A stretch of 64,000 bases of DNA from Balanoglossus misakiensis (GCA_040954595.2 CM082598.2:7641097-7705096); one strand, 5' to 3'; counted from the stretch's first letter, positions 38,001 to 53,000 are shown. The notes: generated by a model from the letters alone, not told the origin. Translations and numbers: made by a program.

Positions 38001-41000
38001 GATTACACACCAACAGATGAACATGTATCCCAACTGCAGACAAAATGCAATCTGTTGGTTGAAACTCTAAATATGGATGGGATAAATCAATTAACAGATG
38101 GACAAGGAAATAGAAATTGGCAAAATGAAAGACGCCTCCGAGTGACTGCTTCTCAGTGTAAACAAATATTCACTTGTAAAACTGATAATACAGCTGAGAA
38201 TATTGTATATAATAAATTATGGGGGAAACCAGTAACTACGGCAGCTTTGGAATGGGGAAATGAAAATGAAAAAAAGGCACGGGAACAGTTTGAAGATAAA
38301 TATCCAAATTTGATGGTTAGGGATACAGGGATGTGGATCAACAGCAGTTATCCTGGTTTGGGAGCGTCACCTGATGGTGTCATCACCGACACACAAGGAA
38401 ACAGGTGTGGTGTACTAGAAATAAAGTGCCCATATGTGCTGAAGGCAGGAAATCCTCAGTCATTTGAGAAAGATTTGGGTGTAAAGCAACGAAATAATTT
38501 TTGTTTGGATTCTAATTTGAGATTGAAAAGAAATCATGCTTATTATTTCCAGTGCCAGATGCAAATGGGTGTGTTGGGTGTTGATATCTGCTATTTTGTT
38601 GTCTGGTCACCAAAGGGGATGGCATGTGATATAATTAAATTTGATGCAGTATTTTTCAGAGCAATAGCTAAACGCCTTGTAAACTTCCACAGAAGTAAGC
38701 TAATACCTGAATTTTTTTATAATGAGACTACCACGAAGATTGCCTTTGCTATCTGTTGACTATTAAAGGGACAAAGTCTCTCTCTCACTGCCCTTTTTCC
38801 ATTATGTTTTATACAAGACACCGTTTATGTCATTCTATATGCGGATATACAGTGAATCAACGTTTGACCACACACAACTTCCATTCCATTTGTAGGATAT
38901 GAGAGTAAAAATCTCGCCAAAATGAATAAATGGTAAACACCGATTATTCATTGTGGCAAGTTTTTCACTCTCGTGTCTGCAAGTGGGATGAAAGTTGTGT
39001 GTGGTTGAATGTAGATTCACTATATGTCCACATGTAGAATAACATAAACGGTGTCTTGTATCAAACATAATCAATGGAAAAAGGGCAGCGAGATAGAGAC
39101 TTTATTCCTTTAAGGGATATAATCATGGAAAATGTCTGCTGTTCTCCAAGTCATGTGTGTCATTTGTCACTTTTGTGTATGTATGTTTTAATGCGATGTG
39201 AAATGAAACCACCGAGTTCAAGGGACTTGTAAATATTATATTTGAAATAATTGTATATGAATTTTAATACAAGTGTACAGTAATTAAATATTTTATAATT
39301 TATTTGAAACAAGTGTTAAGTAAAAATGTTATATGGAATATTATACATTATGAATGATTAATTGTATTACTGATAATTTTACAGCAAATCTTTTATGGCT
39401 GTGTAAGATATCTATATATAAATTCACAATTTACTGGTATTGCCAAGTGTTTAAAAAATGTTTTTGGCAGCTTATTTACAGATATTTAAGAACTTTACAT
39501 TTCATTTGTATTCCACTTTTGATGACAAAATATAATACATAACAATGTATAAGGAACCTGTGTCCTCAAGTGAACATTCATGTGTGACAAACTTTCTTTA
39601 TCTTATCAGTCAGTCTGATAATTTCTTCTGCAGAACATGACATAAATGGATAGAAAGACACACACATATATGTATATGTATATGTACATAAATATGTTAA
39701 CACACATATATTTACAGGCAGACAATGGATGCTGATTGCAACCCATGACATCTCATTTTACAATAGGCTCTTGGAAATTGACTAAACAACCCGCCACAAA
39801 CACCATCTGTTAAAACACAGGCTGCAGAGATAATGGAATGGTTTTCTTTAATAACCGGAATTTTTTAATACGTTCAATAGCACGCTCCACATGTATTCTT
39901 ACTCTAGCAATTTGTTTTGTTTTGATTTCTTCAGTCGCTGATAATTTGACTCTGCCTCCTAAAAATGGAGGTATGTTTAAGTCTACCTTTTTTTCATACA
40001 GTAAATCCCTGATTGTAAAACCCCGATCAGCTAGGATAAGATCCCCTTCTTCGAGATGTTCTAGAAACCCTGACTGCTTTACAATTTCTTGGTCAGAAAT
40101 AGAGCCTTCAAATGCATCTGATACATATGTTATGGCACCTGATGGAGCTATACCGATCAACACTTTGTATGTAACATGGTGCTTATAATTTGAAAACATA
40201 TTGCCCTGTTGTCGGAAATGTGTGGAATGTTCAACAAAAAATTCAGAGCAGTCAATGATGGCACGAATGTTCTTAAATTTGGAGAAGCACGGAGGAAGAT
40301 GTTGCCTTATTGTGTCTCGTGAAGGAAACATATCTACTCTTAGTCTAGCAAACTGCACATACAAGAATTGAATCCAGGTAATTACAACAGTGGACACGTA
40401 ACTTTTTGATACACCAAACCTATATGCTATATCCTGTTGCAGCAATCCAGCACGGAGTCTCACCAGAGTTAAAAATAGTTGATTGATTGGTTTTAATTTA
40501 CGTTCTGGTCCACGGCGTTTGTTTTGATTCCCATTATCAACGATGTTACGTTTCCAAAATAATAATTTGTCACGTGCTGGACCTAGAAAATTAAACACAC
40601 ACATAAACTGAATCCAAGTCAGGCCACAATAAAATTTACATTTTGCATCATCATTCTTTACATCTTCAACACTGAATTTGCCAGTGGCTTCCTGGTTCAA
40701 ACAGTGAGAACATTCACGTTTAACATCATTTTTTAACAACACTAACTCATTTTTCAGAATTGCATTTTCAGCTTTCAAATGAATAAGTAGGTCGATGTTT
40801 TGAAGCTTGAAGTCTGTTTGTGTCCCCACAGTAGCTGTTTCCTTGCTGTCCTTGAGGGGTGATGAACAGTTTTCATCCGGCTGGGTTTTAGGCACTGAAA
40901 AATAAATAAATAAAGATAAAGCGGTATACTCATGTGCAATCAATGATTTCTGACAGGTACAACAGTTACACAGCGCTATGAAGTTTTAGTACTGTTTTTG

Positions 41001-44000
41001 TTCAATGAGAAAACATTATAGATAGCACACAAATGTGAACATTAATACTTATTGGTGTCAGTGATACCAAACCAATAACCACATGACACAGTAATAATAT
41101 AATTGAGCATAATAGGCAGTAAAAATTATACCTGTCACATGATCTTTACTGAAAGCTTGTTCTTCAAACTCTGCATCTTGTCTCACTCTCTTCTGTTGTT
41201 TCATGGGAATCGGTATGTCTCTCAGTACTGGTCCCTTTCTCTTTCTTGACAATCTCTGTGCCTAACAAGTAACAAATATGAACAAGATTTTAATACTGAT
41301 CTGAATTTACGTGCAGGGTTGGGGTCACCGTGACCCGGTTTTGGATCAAAACATCCGACATTCCAACAGTGTTTCTAAACTCCCGAACACATTACATACA
41401 AAGTTACAGCCAAGCATTGTGTATGTGAATCCAACTACGGCCATTAACGCGCGTACAGTCCAACATTTATTCCTACTTCGTGTGTTCTCATCTTGGGTAA
41501 TTACAGTTACTAGTTACAATTTACACAATATCCATACAATACCCAAGTTAAATGGACTAAAAGTGAATGTTTATCAACAGCGACAACGCGACGAGCTCCG
41601 AAAAGCTGCTCTAGTATATGTGTCGTCTGCACACTTGTCATGGCGCCAAAGTTGACTACATCATACATGGTATATCGTGTATATGGAGTAGACCGAGACT
41701 CATTTCTGTTCAACGTTCTTACCTGTTCTGCCGTATACGTCGCCGGTATGGGGTCGGGATGGTCGCTTGTTGGTCCCTTCCTGCCTACGAAGTGGAGGCT
41801 ACAAATATAGGTGTCCTTTTTGACATTGTCGACGCCGAAACCCTGTCTCCCGCAAGCATAAATCCATTTTTGACATTTCAAAATATTTCGATGTGGCTTC
41901 GGAAATCGGATGAAGAAAACATCTTTCATTTCAACACGATCGGTGTACCTTGAGTCACTCGTGCAATGTCCGTAACAGCAATGTTTAGTAGCGCCCATCG
42001 CGGAAGTAAACCAAAACAAAGTTTTTAAAAAGTAAAAAGCGCAACGCTATCGCTACGTGCTTCGCTCAGTCGATGCTAATGTCCGCTTTTGTCCGCATTT
42101 CACTGTTGCCAGACCCTTGCGCACTCGCGCAAATCTATTTTTAGCGACATTGATAAAACCCTGGACTGTGCTATATTTGCGTGTCAGCTGACAGGTCTTC
42201 GCATTCATCAGAAGCTATCGTGCGTCGCTGAGATTTGATTCTTCATAAATGAAAATTATTTCATAACCATACCAAATAAAACATTTCCAGAAATTTAGAA
42301 GTTTGTAGACATTTCTGCTAGTTGTCTATTTAGTGTTGAGTCACGCTGAACTGCCAAATTTAACACAGACTCGCCGCCAGCACTCGAACAGTGTGTACTT
42401 CTTCTGCGAGTGTGTCCTGTAACTGCCTTATTTCGATAACCATTCAACAACAAATAGACGGTAAACGTTTATGCAATACCAATGGATTTATGTTTTAAAA
42501 TTGGTCGACAGTCAGGAAATATGCATGAACAATCGATTGATTGGATTCCCCAGCGATACTATTGTATCTTGTGATTTTTTGTAGTGAAACTGTGGAAATC
42601 GGCAGGCTGCATTGCCAGGTGTTCTGCACATGTGCAGTTCCTCTGTCTTGAAAGAAAAGTCAAATTTCACCAACTTATAAATGTGCATTCAGAAAATAAA
42701 CCCCAGATGTTTTCTTTGTGACCCAAAAAACTGCCAGTGTGATTTTGTGTTCAAATCCAAGCTATTATTATTTAAATTGACTTGTGATACCCTCTCTTAG
42801 CACAAAAAGCATAATTTCAGCCCCAAAATGGTTGCCATAAAAACATGTGATCACTAAATGGATATCATTTTTGTTCTTATTGAGCCAAAATACCCCTATG
42901 GTGAAATTTTTCTGGAAATCGGACCTATTATTATTAAAATTATTATTTTTATATAATTCTTTATTTAATTATTATTATTTAATCATTATTAACTTTATTG
43001 GGCCCTTATCACAACTTGGATATTGGTTTAATACCCAATAAAGTACATGGCACAACAAAAAAATTCGTCAAGAATCAAATTGAATATTCAATAAAACAGT
43101 ACAGAGACCATTCAACCCACATCACAAAATGAAGAAAAATAATTCTATACACAAACTCGTCCAGACTGCGGTACAGAACAAAGCAAAACAACAAGGCTTG
43201 TTACCAATGGGGCAGTGGGTCGCATTCTACTATTTGGAGTTCTTGTCATGACAGTTTAACCCCCCACCGCACCCCACCCACAAAACATTGGTTAAAATTG
43301 CCACCTTGCTCTCCGCCATGTAGGTCTGTGCCATTATCATAATCTTCAGTGTTTATCTTTAGTCCACAGTTGACAGGGCGTGGAAGGCTGGCTACAGAAA
43401 TGCTTGTTTGTAAGTTTATAAATTATATCTTGTAAATTACAACTTGATATTTACCGTACTTGCCCGGGTAAGAACCCCTGCTCGGACAAACGCCCCCCCC
43501 CCCTGGTTTTAGGGCCCATTTGAAGATCGAGGTCATATCCGGTCTAAAGCCCCCCCCCCCCCCCCGGGCCGAATATCCATTAAATTCTTGGAAATTTAAT
43601 AAAGTGCAATGCAAAAAAGGCGGATTTTCATCCCCAAAGTCACTAAAAGTGAAAAAAAAATGTATGATGATTTACTTTCGCGCTGAGTTACTAGTATATA
43701 TAGCCGCTCTAGAAAACATGACCTCAGACAGGTCCCTCGGGACCGTGCCTCGAATTCAACGATCATGTAGATGGACGCGCTGCCGCGTATGAGGTCACCG
43801 GGGAGCTTTCCAAAGCGGCCGCGTGGAGCTGCTTCAGTCCGTCCTCGACGCGAAACACCCAACATTGGAAGATCCCGACTTGGACTCGGAGAATGAACCA
43901 CTCAAAAATTCCGGTAGAGAAAGGCATGATTGCCACGATTAAGATAGATGTATTTACGTGCGTCCGTCCGTCGACGTCTAAGTATTAAATGCATGTGTGG

Positions 44001-47000
44001 GATCGACCATTTACCAATGTCCCGGTTAAACGGGATGTTTTGTCTGCGCCCATGGTGTCCCGATTAAACGGCGGCGACTGTAATATGTTTTCTGTATTTG
44101 ATTTATGGGTAAAAAACTTTTTATTATTTAATAAATACATTGTTTGACCGTGAAATGTTTGGCCATGTTATTTGCATTATTATTCACCCCTTCCTCGTGT
44201 CCCTAGGCCCTCATTTGCATAAATGTCGAGGTTGCGTCCGGGCTAAAGCCCCCCCCCCCCCCTGTTTTTTGCTAATCTATGGGCCCAGCACCAGGGGCTC
44301 TTACCCGGGCAAGTACGGTAATCTATTTTTATTATCTTATTTATAAGGTAAAGTGCTATAGTACCTTGCATATTCCATTTTCATGTCTGTGTCATTTCTG
44401 TCAAAGAATATGAATGTAGGGTTGCAAAACAAAATGTTCGTCATCAAACATAAATTTAAGTGCTTCGATAGTTTGCTATGCAGTATTACATTACTGACAA
44501 ATTAATTGATATCCCAAAAAAGTGTTACCACATCAATAGCATTAGTAGGTTCCTTTTTTGCCACCACCCCCCTCCCCCCCCCCCAAAAAAAAAAAAATCT
44601 GTCACAATTGTTTTAGATAGCTAACTTTGTTTGGTACAAGTATCTGTTTGAGAAGCCAAAATGTTTACTCTTCAAAACTACATTCGTCACAGGGTATATG
44701 ATAGTGAAGAAGATTCATACACCATGCCAGTGTTTGATGGGAGTGGCAGTTTCAGCTACCAAACTGTGTACTCATCTGATTCGGGATCTGTAAGTCTAGA
44801 TTTGAGATACGTTTATAACTCATAATTTTACACTTAGTCTAGTGAAACAATAGGTGATTCTAATGTATTAATATAGCTATTAATCAATGACACTTGCACT
44901 AACAGTAGCAAGTTTGATTTCCAGTAGTCGGAGGAAATGTTTAGAATTTGACATATTTTAAATAATGCATTTGTGCATAATTAGGGGTTATTACACGGAT
45001 TTTGGTCGTGATGTCCGTATTTCGACTCGTTGCGAAGCGCAACTCATCAAAATACTGACACACTCGAATACGACGCGTTATCGACCAAAATCCGTGTAAT
45101 AACCCCTTTATCATACATGCCTACCTATAAAACAGTACGATTTGCGAAAATGCGCCGAGAAAAACAATTTCAAATTTGAACTAGGCGCTGGGATCACGGC
45201 AGTAGCCATGTTGTGACGTATGATGTGTGGGCCGTAGTATAATTTTAAGGGGGTTGGCAGCTTTCATTACGATGGGCACATCCACATTCTAAATAAACTT
45301 GTCTACGTTCTCTTTCAAAATATCATGTTAACAATTATTTTGCATTGAGAATTTCGAAGAAGTAAAAATGAAACATTCAACATGGCAAAACCGCCAGCTT
45401 TGCAAACGTTATTTCAGCTTCTAATAACCGAATTTTACAACACCCCTCTCCACTAGCGTCCTATGCCCCGTACGTCGCTCGCACGCGCAGCGAACTGTCG
45501 TGCCGCGCATTCTCAAAAATTGTTCGAGACGCGGAGTGAAGATATATTGCACTCAGTGTAATACCGTAAAATATCGCGCTCAGTGTAATACCGTAAAATA
45601 TCTTCGGGGCGAGAACAATAGAAAGTGTTAAATACAGGCGTTGCATGTATGATAAAGCTGTAAACAATCAAGTGGTCAGGTGTTTCACTCAATGTAGTAC
45701 ACACACATACACACACACACATTGCACATGCAGAAAATTAATAAATTTTCCATAGGCTGATATGTGGCTGACATGAAGTGTTAGTGACATGTATTGATTA
45801 GGTAGGGGATTAGAACAGGTACCCCGATCCTTGTATGCTCTGTATGTGAGATCAGTGACAAAGTTGCTGATTGAGTTTGGTATGTGTGATCGTGGTCAGT
45901 GTTTTGTACATACTTTAATGAACAAACATAAAATTCTCATAACAGTACCTGCTGTTAATGCTGTTACAACAACTCGAACAGACAATAGTAATAGAAATAC
46001 CAGGCAATTTTGCTTTTGAGTAGCTTAAAATGATGTCATTGCGAATCCTGACTTCTGTCATAGCTTGTATTTACTCTAATCATGTGCAAAATCAATCAAA
46101 AGTTTTTTTCCCATAAATATTTTCTGACACTTTTTTTTGCTTTTTGCAGGTGTCCTCATCAGATCATCAGCATATGACAAAAAAGAAAATTAAAAAGTGA
46201 GTATAAGAGTAATCATAGACAGTGATCAACTTGTAGTACCTTTGACATCAAAAATTTGTTAAACTTGTAGGTTGATCACATGATACCCAGTTGTCAAATA
46301 ATTAACCACTAAAGAGTGTATTATTTAGCATTGACAGAACATTATACTCAAGATGTGTCTTATTTTGTCATGTTGATTTTTATTTTATAAAGATGAAAAA
46401 ATAATGTTTGATAACTGTTGTCAAATATCTGTTTGTACAGATTATGTCTTATAAATGCTATCAGTATCAATTACAAGATTACACAAATGTGGTAGACTCA
46501 TTCAAAAATATTTTGGGAAGCATTGACATTAGGCCTTTGCTATTTGATGTGTGTGTACCTCTTGAAAGTAAGTTTATCCTAGGCAAAATAAAGTGGATAT
46601 GATCAGCAATCATATGCAAATTATATGCTTCAGTTGGGCTATAGCAATAATGGTGCTATATTACACTTATATGTACATGTATAAGGTCATGAAAATGTTG
46701 TTGTAATGTTATTAGGGCCCAAGCGCAAGCCAGCGCTTGGGCCCTATTGGTTTCGTTGGGGTTTTTTAGGGCCCAAGCGCAAGCCAGCGCTTGGGCCCTA
46801 TTGGTTTCGTTGGGGTTTTTCTGTCTTTCCTTCTTTCTTTAGGGCCCAAGCGCTTGCTTGCGCTTGGGCCCTATTGGTTTCGTTGGGGTTTTTAGGGCCC
46901 AAGCGCTTGCTTGCGCTTGGGCCCTATTGGTTTCGTTGGGGTTTTTAGGGCCCAAGCGCGCAGCAGCGCTTGGGCCCTATTGGTTTCGTTGGAATTTTTC

Positions 47001-50000
47001 TTTCTTTCCGTCTTTATTCTCCTGTCAATTCTTCGGCCAACGAGATCTCTGAAACTACTGCAGGTACACTGCTCAAACTTGCTACAGTGGTCAAGGTCTA
47101 TGAGTAGATGTGCAGTGACTTGTGAATACTTAATTAGTCACGTGACCTGGCGGCCATATTGGATTTTCTGAAAAAATTAAAATCTCAGATCTCAGAAACT
47201 ACAAGTCAGATCGACTTCAAATTTGGCATGCAGGTAGACTACCTTCTACCCATCATTTTTGTAATTGGAAATTTTGCTACAGTGTTGCAGTTTTTTTGCT
47301 ACAATTTTTTTTCTGAAATCTGGCTTAAATTTCAAAAATCTTCTTCTCCAGAACCGGTGATAACCGAGACACGGGGTTTGGGGTATGTGGTCACCTAACT
47401 GATGTCTATCAAGTTTGCGAAGATCATTGTGATTGGTCGAAGATTATGGCGGCCATATTGGATTTTCGAAAAACCATAGTTAAACTCCAAAAATCTTCTT
47501 CTCCAGAACGGGCGATGACTGAGTCGCAAGATTCAGGGAGTATGGTCACTACACTGATGTCTATCAAGTTTGCAAAGAACATTGTGATTGGTCGAAGATT
47601 ATGGTGGCCATATTGGATTTTGTAAAAAGCAGTGAAAAATTGAAATTCCTTTTTCTAGTCTAAAAATTGATAGCATACAAATTCTTTTTATGGATATCAA
47701 TCGTCATGTGACTAAAATATGTTACAATTTTTTGGCGATTTTTCACATGACCTTTGACCTACTTATCACGCGTTATTATTTCTGCATATCTAATTCCAGG
47801 TTAAACTATAGGGCTAGACGTTTGGTTTTTGATGAATGTGGATTAGTGTGTGATCAAAATATTTTGCTACTTTTCATGACCCCTTTGACCTCTGCTGACC
47901 TCATTAATTATGTGCATAGCTAATTACAGGCGAACCAATAGAGCTAGAGGTTTGGTTTTGTTGGACATGGACCAGTATGGGATCAACATTTTTTGCCCAA
48001 ATGTTGGGTGACCTCTGGTGACATTTGACCTACTTTCGCATATCTCAGCATCCAGAGCAGATACAGCCATGGCATTTGGTAGGATGGGACCAAAATGTAA
48101 AGCCACATTTTTGGGTCACCTGTGACACCTGCTGACCTCATTAAATATGCACATACCTAATTACAGGCGAACCAATAGAGCTAGAGTTTTGGTTTTTGTT
48201 GGACATGGACCAGTATGGGTAAAAAAAAATTGCCCAAATGTTGGGTGACCTCAGGTGACCTTTGACCTACTTCACCCTATTTCAGCAGCAAAAATACACA
48301 CATCCTCGTTATGTCATGAGATAATACATCCGATAGAAAATTCTGTTTCTTCTCATTCATACTGTGCATATATAATTCAAGATCAGCGCTTGGGCCCGAC
48401 AATGCTGCTCGCAGCTTTAATTCTTTCTTTCTTTCTTTTTTCTTGTGTCAATTCTTCGGCCAACTAAATCTCAGAAACTACTGCAGGTACACTGCTCAAA
48501 CTTGCTACAGTGGTCAAGGTCAATGAGTAGATGTGCAGTGACTTGTGAATACGTAATTAGTCACGTGACCTGGCGGCCATATTGGATTTTCTGAAAAAAT
48601 GCAAATCTCAGATCTCAGAAACTACAAGTCAGATCGACTTCAGATTTGGTGTGCAGGTAGTGTACCTTCTGCCCATCATTTTTGTAATTGGATATTTTGC
48701 TGTCAATGTTGCAGTTTTTTTGCTACAGTTGTTTTTCTGAAATCTGGTCAAAATTTCAAAAATCTTCTTCTCCAGAACCGGTGATAACCGAGACACGAGG
48801 TTTGGGGTATGTGGTCACCTAACTGATGTCTATCAAGTTTGCGAAGATCATTGTGATTGGTCGAAGATTATGGCGGCCATATTGGATTTACGAAAAACCA
48901 TAGTTAAACTCCAAAAATCTTCTTCTCCAGAACGGGCGATGACTGAGTTGCAAGATTCGGGGAGTATGGTCACTACACTGATGTCTATCAAGTTTGCAAA
49001 GAGCATTGTGATTGGTCGAAGATTATGGCGGCCATATTGGATTTTGTAAAAAGCAGTGAAAATTTGAAATTCCTTTTTCTAGTCTAAAATTTGATAGCAT
49101 ACAAATTGTTTTTATGGATATCAATCGTCATGTGACTAAAATATGTTACAATTTTTTTGTGATTTTTCACATGACCTTTGACCTACTTATCACGCGTTAT
49201 TATTTCTGCATATCTAATTCCAGGCTAACCTATAGGGCTAGACGTTTGGTTTTTGATGAATGTGAATTAGTGTGTGATCAAAATATTTTGCTACTTTTCA
49301 TGACCCCTTTGACCTCAGCTGACCTCATTAATTATGTACATAGCTAATTACAGGCGAACCAATAGAGCTAGAGGTTTTGTTTTTGTTGGACATGGACCAG
49401 TATGGGATCAAATTTTTTTGCCCAAATGTTGGGTGACCTCTGGTGACCTTTGACCTACTTTCTCATATCTCAGCATCCAGAGCAGATACAGCCATTGCAT
49501 TTGGTAGGATGGGACCAAAATGTAAAGCCAAATTTTTGGGTCACCTGTGACACCTGCTGACCTCATTAAATATGCACATACCTAATTACAGGTGAACCAA
49601 TAGAGCTAGAGTTTTGGTTTTTGTTGGACATGGACCAGTAAGGGTAAAAAAAAATTGCCCAAATGTTGGGTGACCTCAGGTGACCTTTGACCTACTTCAC
49701 CCTATTTCAGCAGCAAAAATACCCACATCCTTGTTATGTCATGAGATAATACATCCGATAGAAAATTCTGTTTCTTCTAATTCATACTGTGCATATATAA
49801 TTCAAGATCAGCGCTTGGGCCCGACAATGCTGCTCGCAGCTTTAATTCTTTCTTTCTTTCTTTCTTTCTTTCTTTTTTCTTGTGTCAATTCTTCGGCCAA
49901 CTAAATCTCTGAAACTACTGCAGGTACACTGCTCAAACTTGCTACAGTGGTCAAGGTCTATGAGTAGATGTGCAGTGACTTGTGAATACTTAATTAGTCA

Positions 50001-53000
50001 CGTGACCAGGCGGCCATATTGGATTTTCTGAAAAAATGCAAATCTCAGATCTCAGAAACTACAAGTCAGATTTACTTCAAATTTGGTGTGCTGGTAGTGT
50101 ACCTTCTGCCCATCATTTTTGTAATTTGATATTTTGCTGTCAATGTTGCAGTTTTTTTGCTACAGTTGTTTTTCTGAAATCTGGTCAAAATTTCAAAAAT
50201 CTTCTTCTCCAGAACCGGCGATAACTGAGACACAGGGTTTGGGGTATGTGGTCACCTAACTGATGTCTATCAAGTTTGCGAAGATCATTGTGATTGGTCG
50301 AAGATTATGGCGGCCATATTGGATTTTCGAAAAACCATAGTTAAACTGCAAAAATGTTCTTCTCCAGAACGGGCAATGACTGAGCCGCAAGATTCGAGGA
50401 GTATGGTCACTACACTGATGTCTATCAAGTTTGCAAAGAGCATTGTGATTGGTCGAAGATTATGGCGGCCATATTGGATTTTGTAAAAAGCAGTGAAAAA
50501 TTGAAATTCCTTTTTCTAGTCTAAAAATTGATAGCATACAAATTCTTTTATGGATATCAATCGTCATGTGACTAAAATGTGCTACAATTTTTGGGCGATT
50601 TTTCACATGACCTTTGACCTACTTATCACGCGTTATTATTTCTGCATATCTAATTCCAGGCTAACCTGTAGGGCTAGACGTTTGGTTTTTGATGAATGTG
50701 GATTAGTGTGTGATCAAAATATTTTGCTACTTTTCATGACCCCTTTGACCTCTGCTGACCTCATTAATTATGTGCATAGCTAATTACAGGCGAACCAATA
50801 GAGCTAGAGGTTTGGTTTTTGATGGACATGGACCAGAATGGGATCAAAATTTTTTGCCCAAATGTTGCATGACCTCTGGTGACCTTTGACCTACTTTCGC
50901 ATATCTCAGCATCCAGAGCAGATACAGCCATGGCATTTGGTAGGATGGGACCAAAATGTAAAGCCACATTTTTGGGTCACCTGTGACACCTGCTGACCTC
51001 ATTAAATATGCACATACCTAATTACACGCAAACCAATAGAGCTAGAGTTTCGGTTTTTGTTGGACATGGACCAGTATGGGTAAAAAAAAATTACCCAAAT
51101 GTTGGGTGACCTCAGGTGACCTTTGACCTACTTCACCCTATTTCAGCAGCAAAAATACACACATCCTTGTTATGTCATGAGATAATACATCCGATAGAAA
51201 ATTCTGTTTCTTCTCATTCACACTGTGCATATATAATTCAAGATCAGCGCTTGGGCCCGACAATGCTGCTTGCAGCTTTAATTCTTTCTTTCTTCTTTCT
51301 TTATTCTTATGTCAATTCTTTGTCGCTCTAGATCTCAGACACCACTGCAGGTACACTTCTCAAACTTGCTACAGTGGTCAAGGTCAATGGGTAGTCGTGC
51401 ATTGAACTCTTGAATTTTTAATTAGTCACGTGACATGGCGGCCATATTGGATTTTCTGAAAAAATGCAAATCTCAGATCTCAGAAACTACAAGTCAGATT
51501 TACTTCAAATTTGGTGTGCTGGTAGTGTACCTTCTGCTCATCATTTTTGTAATTTGATATTTTGCTGTCAATGTTGCAGTTTTTTTGCTACAGTTGTTTT
51601 TCTGAAATCTGGTCAAAATTTCAAAAATCTTCTTCTCCAGAACCGGCAATAACCGAGTCACGCGGTTTGGGGTATGTGGTCACCAAACTGGGGTCTATCA
51701 AGTTTGCGAAGATCATTGTGATTGGTCGAAGATTATGGCGGCCATATTGGATTTTCGAAAAACCCTAGTAAAATTTCAAAAATCTTCTTCTCAAGAACCG
51801 GCGATAATTGAGTCACAAGATTTGGTGTGTGTGGTCATGAAACAGATGTCTATCAAGTTTGCGAAGAGGAATGTGATTGGTCGAAGATTATGGCGGCCAT
51901 ATTGGATTTTATGAAAAACAATTAAAAAGTAAAAATTCCCTTTCTAGCCTAAAAATTGATAGCACAGAAATTCTTTTTATGGATATGAATCATCATATGC
52001 CAAGAATAAGCTATAAATATTTTGGTAATTTTGGCAATGACCTTTGACCTACTTTTGACGCATCATTTTTCTGCATATCTAATTCCAGGCTAACCAATAC
52101 GACTATAAGTTTGGTTTTTGATGTATGTGGATTTGTATGTGATCAAAAAATTTTGCTACTTTTCATGACCCCTTTGACCTCTGCTGGCCTCATTAAATAT
52201 GCACATACCTAATTACAGATGAACCAATAGACCTGGAGGTTTTGTTTTTGTTATACATGGACCAGTATGGAGTCAAAATATTTTGCCCAAATGTTGGGTG
52301 ACCTCGGGTGACCTTTGACCTACTTTAGCTTATCTCAACATCCACAGCAGATACAGCCTTGGCATTTTGGAGGTATGGGGCCATAATGAAAAGCCAAAGT
52401 TTTGGGTCACCTGTGACACCTGCTTAACTCATTAATTATGTGCATACCTAATTCCAGGCTAACCAAAAGGGCTAGAGGTCTGGTTTTTGTTGGACATGGA
52501 CCACTATGGGTCAAAATATTCTGCCCAAATTTTGGATGACCTCAGATGACCTTTGACCTACTTTTACATATCTTGGCATCCAAAGCAGGTACAGCCTTGG
52601 CATTTAGAGGTATGGGGCCATAATGAAAAGCCAAAGTTTTGGGTAACCTGTGACACCTGCTTACTCATTATTTATGTGTATACCTAATTCTGGGCTAACC
52701 AAAAGGGCTAGATATCTGGTTTTTGTTGGACATGGACTACTATGGGTCACAATTTTCTGCCCAAATTGTGGGTGACCTCTGGGTGACCTTTGACCTACTT
52801 AACACTTTATCAACACCAAGCATAGTTATAACCTTGATATTTTATGGGGTAAAACACAGCATTATGTTTCTACTCATTAATTATGTGCATATCTAATAAT
52901 CAGATCAGATAATAGAGCTTGGGCCCGGACAATGCTGCTTGCAGCTTTAATCTGTCTTTCCTTCTTTCTTTAGGGCCCAAGCGCATACCAGCGCTTGGGC

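Larger units (their letters stand above)
36347..42173. mobile_element. ISL2EU/IS4EU (PIF/Harbinger-related) DNA transposon, full length
   Basis: TIR tagcacagttcagggttt / aaaccctggactgtgcta. TA duplication inferred from the empty site ctgTAtttgcgtg in unit 1. Two convergent genes: THAP-HTH-DDE transposase and YqaJ exonuclease. Confidence 0.92.
31988..42980. repeat. Three head-to-tail ~1.6-kb non-coding units separated by (TTA)n; third unit split by insertions
   Basis: Units start ccagtt(a/t)aggggtttaaagaattatataaac at ~32024, ~33624, ~35209 and end tttatataattctttatttaa (subterminal inverted repeat). Unit 3 resumes at 42176. Confidence 0.92.

Noticed and set aside
37296-38759. YqaJ phage recombinase as evidence of prophage or horizontal transfer
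   Set aside because: It is spliced and lies within TIRs with a THAP-DDE transposase, the normal ISL2EU arrangement.
46711-47000. Short palindromic repeats resembling a CRISPR array
   Set aside because: No unique spacers or cas genes, and the context is eukaryotic; these are stacked 5' heads of nested elements.
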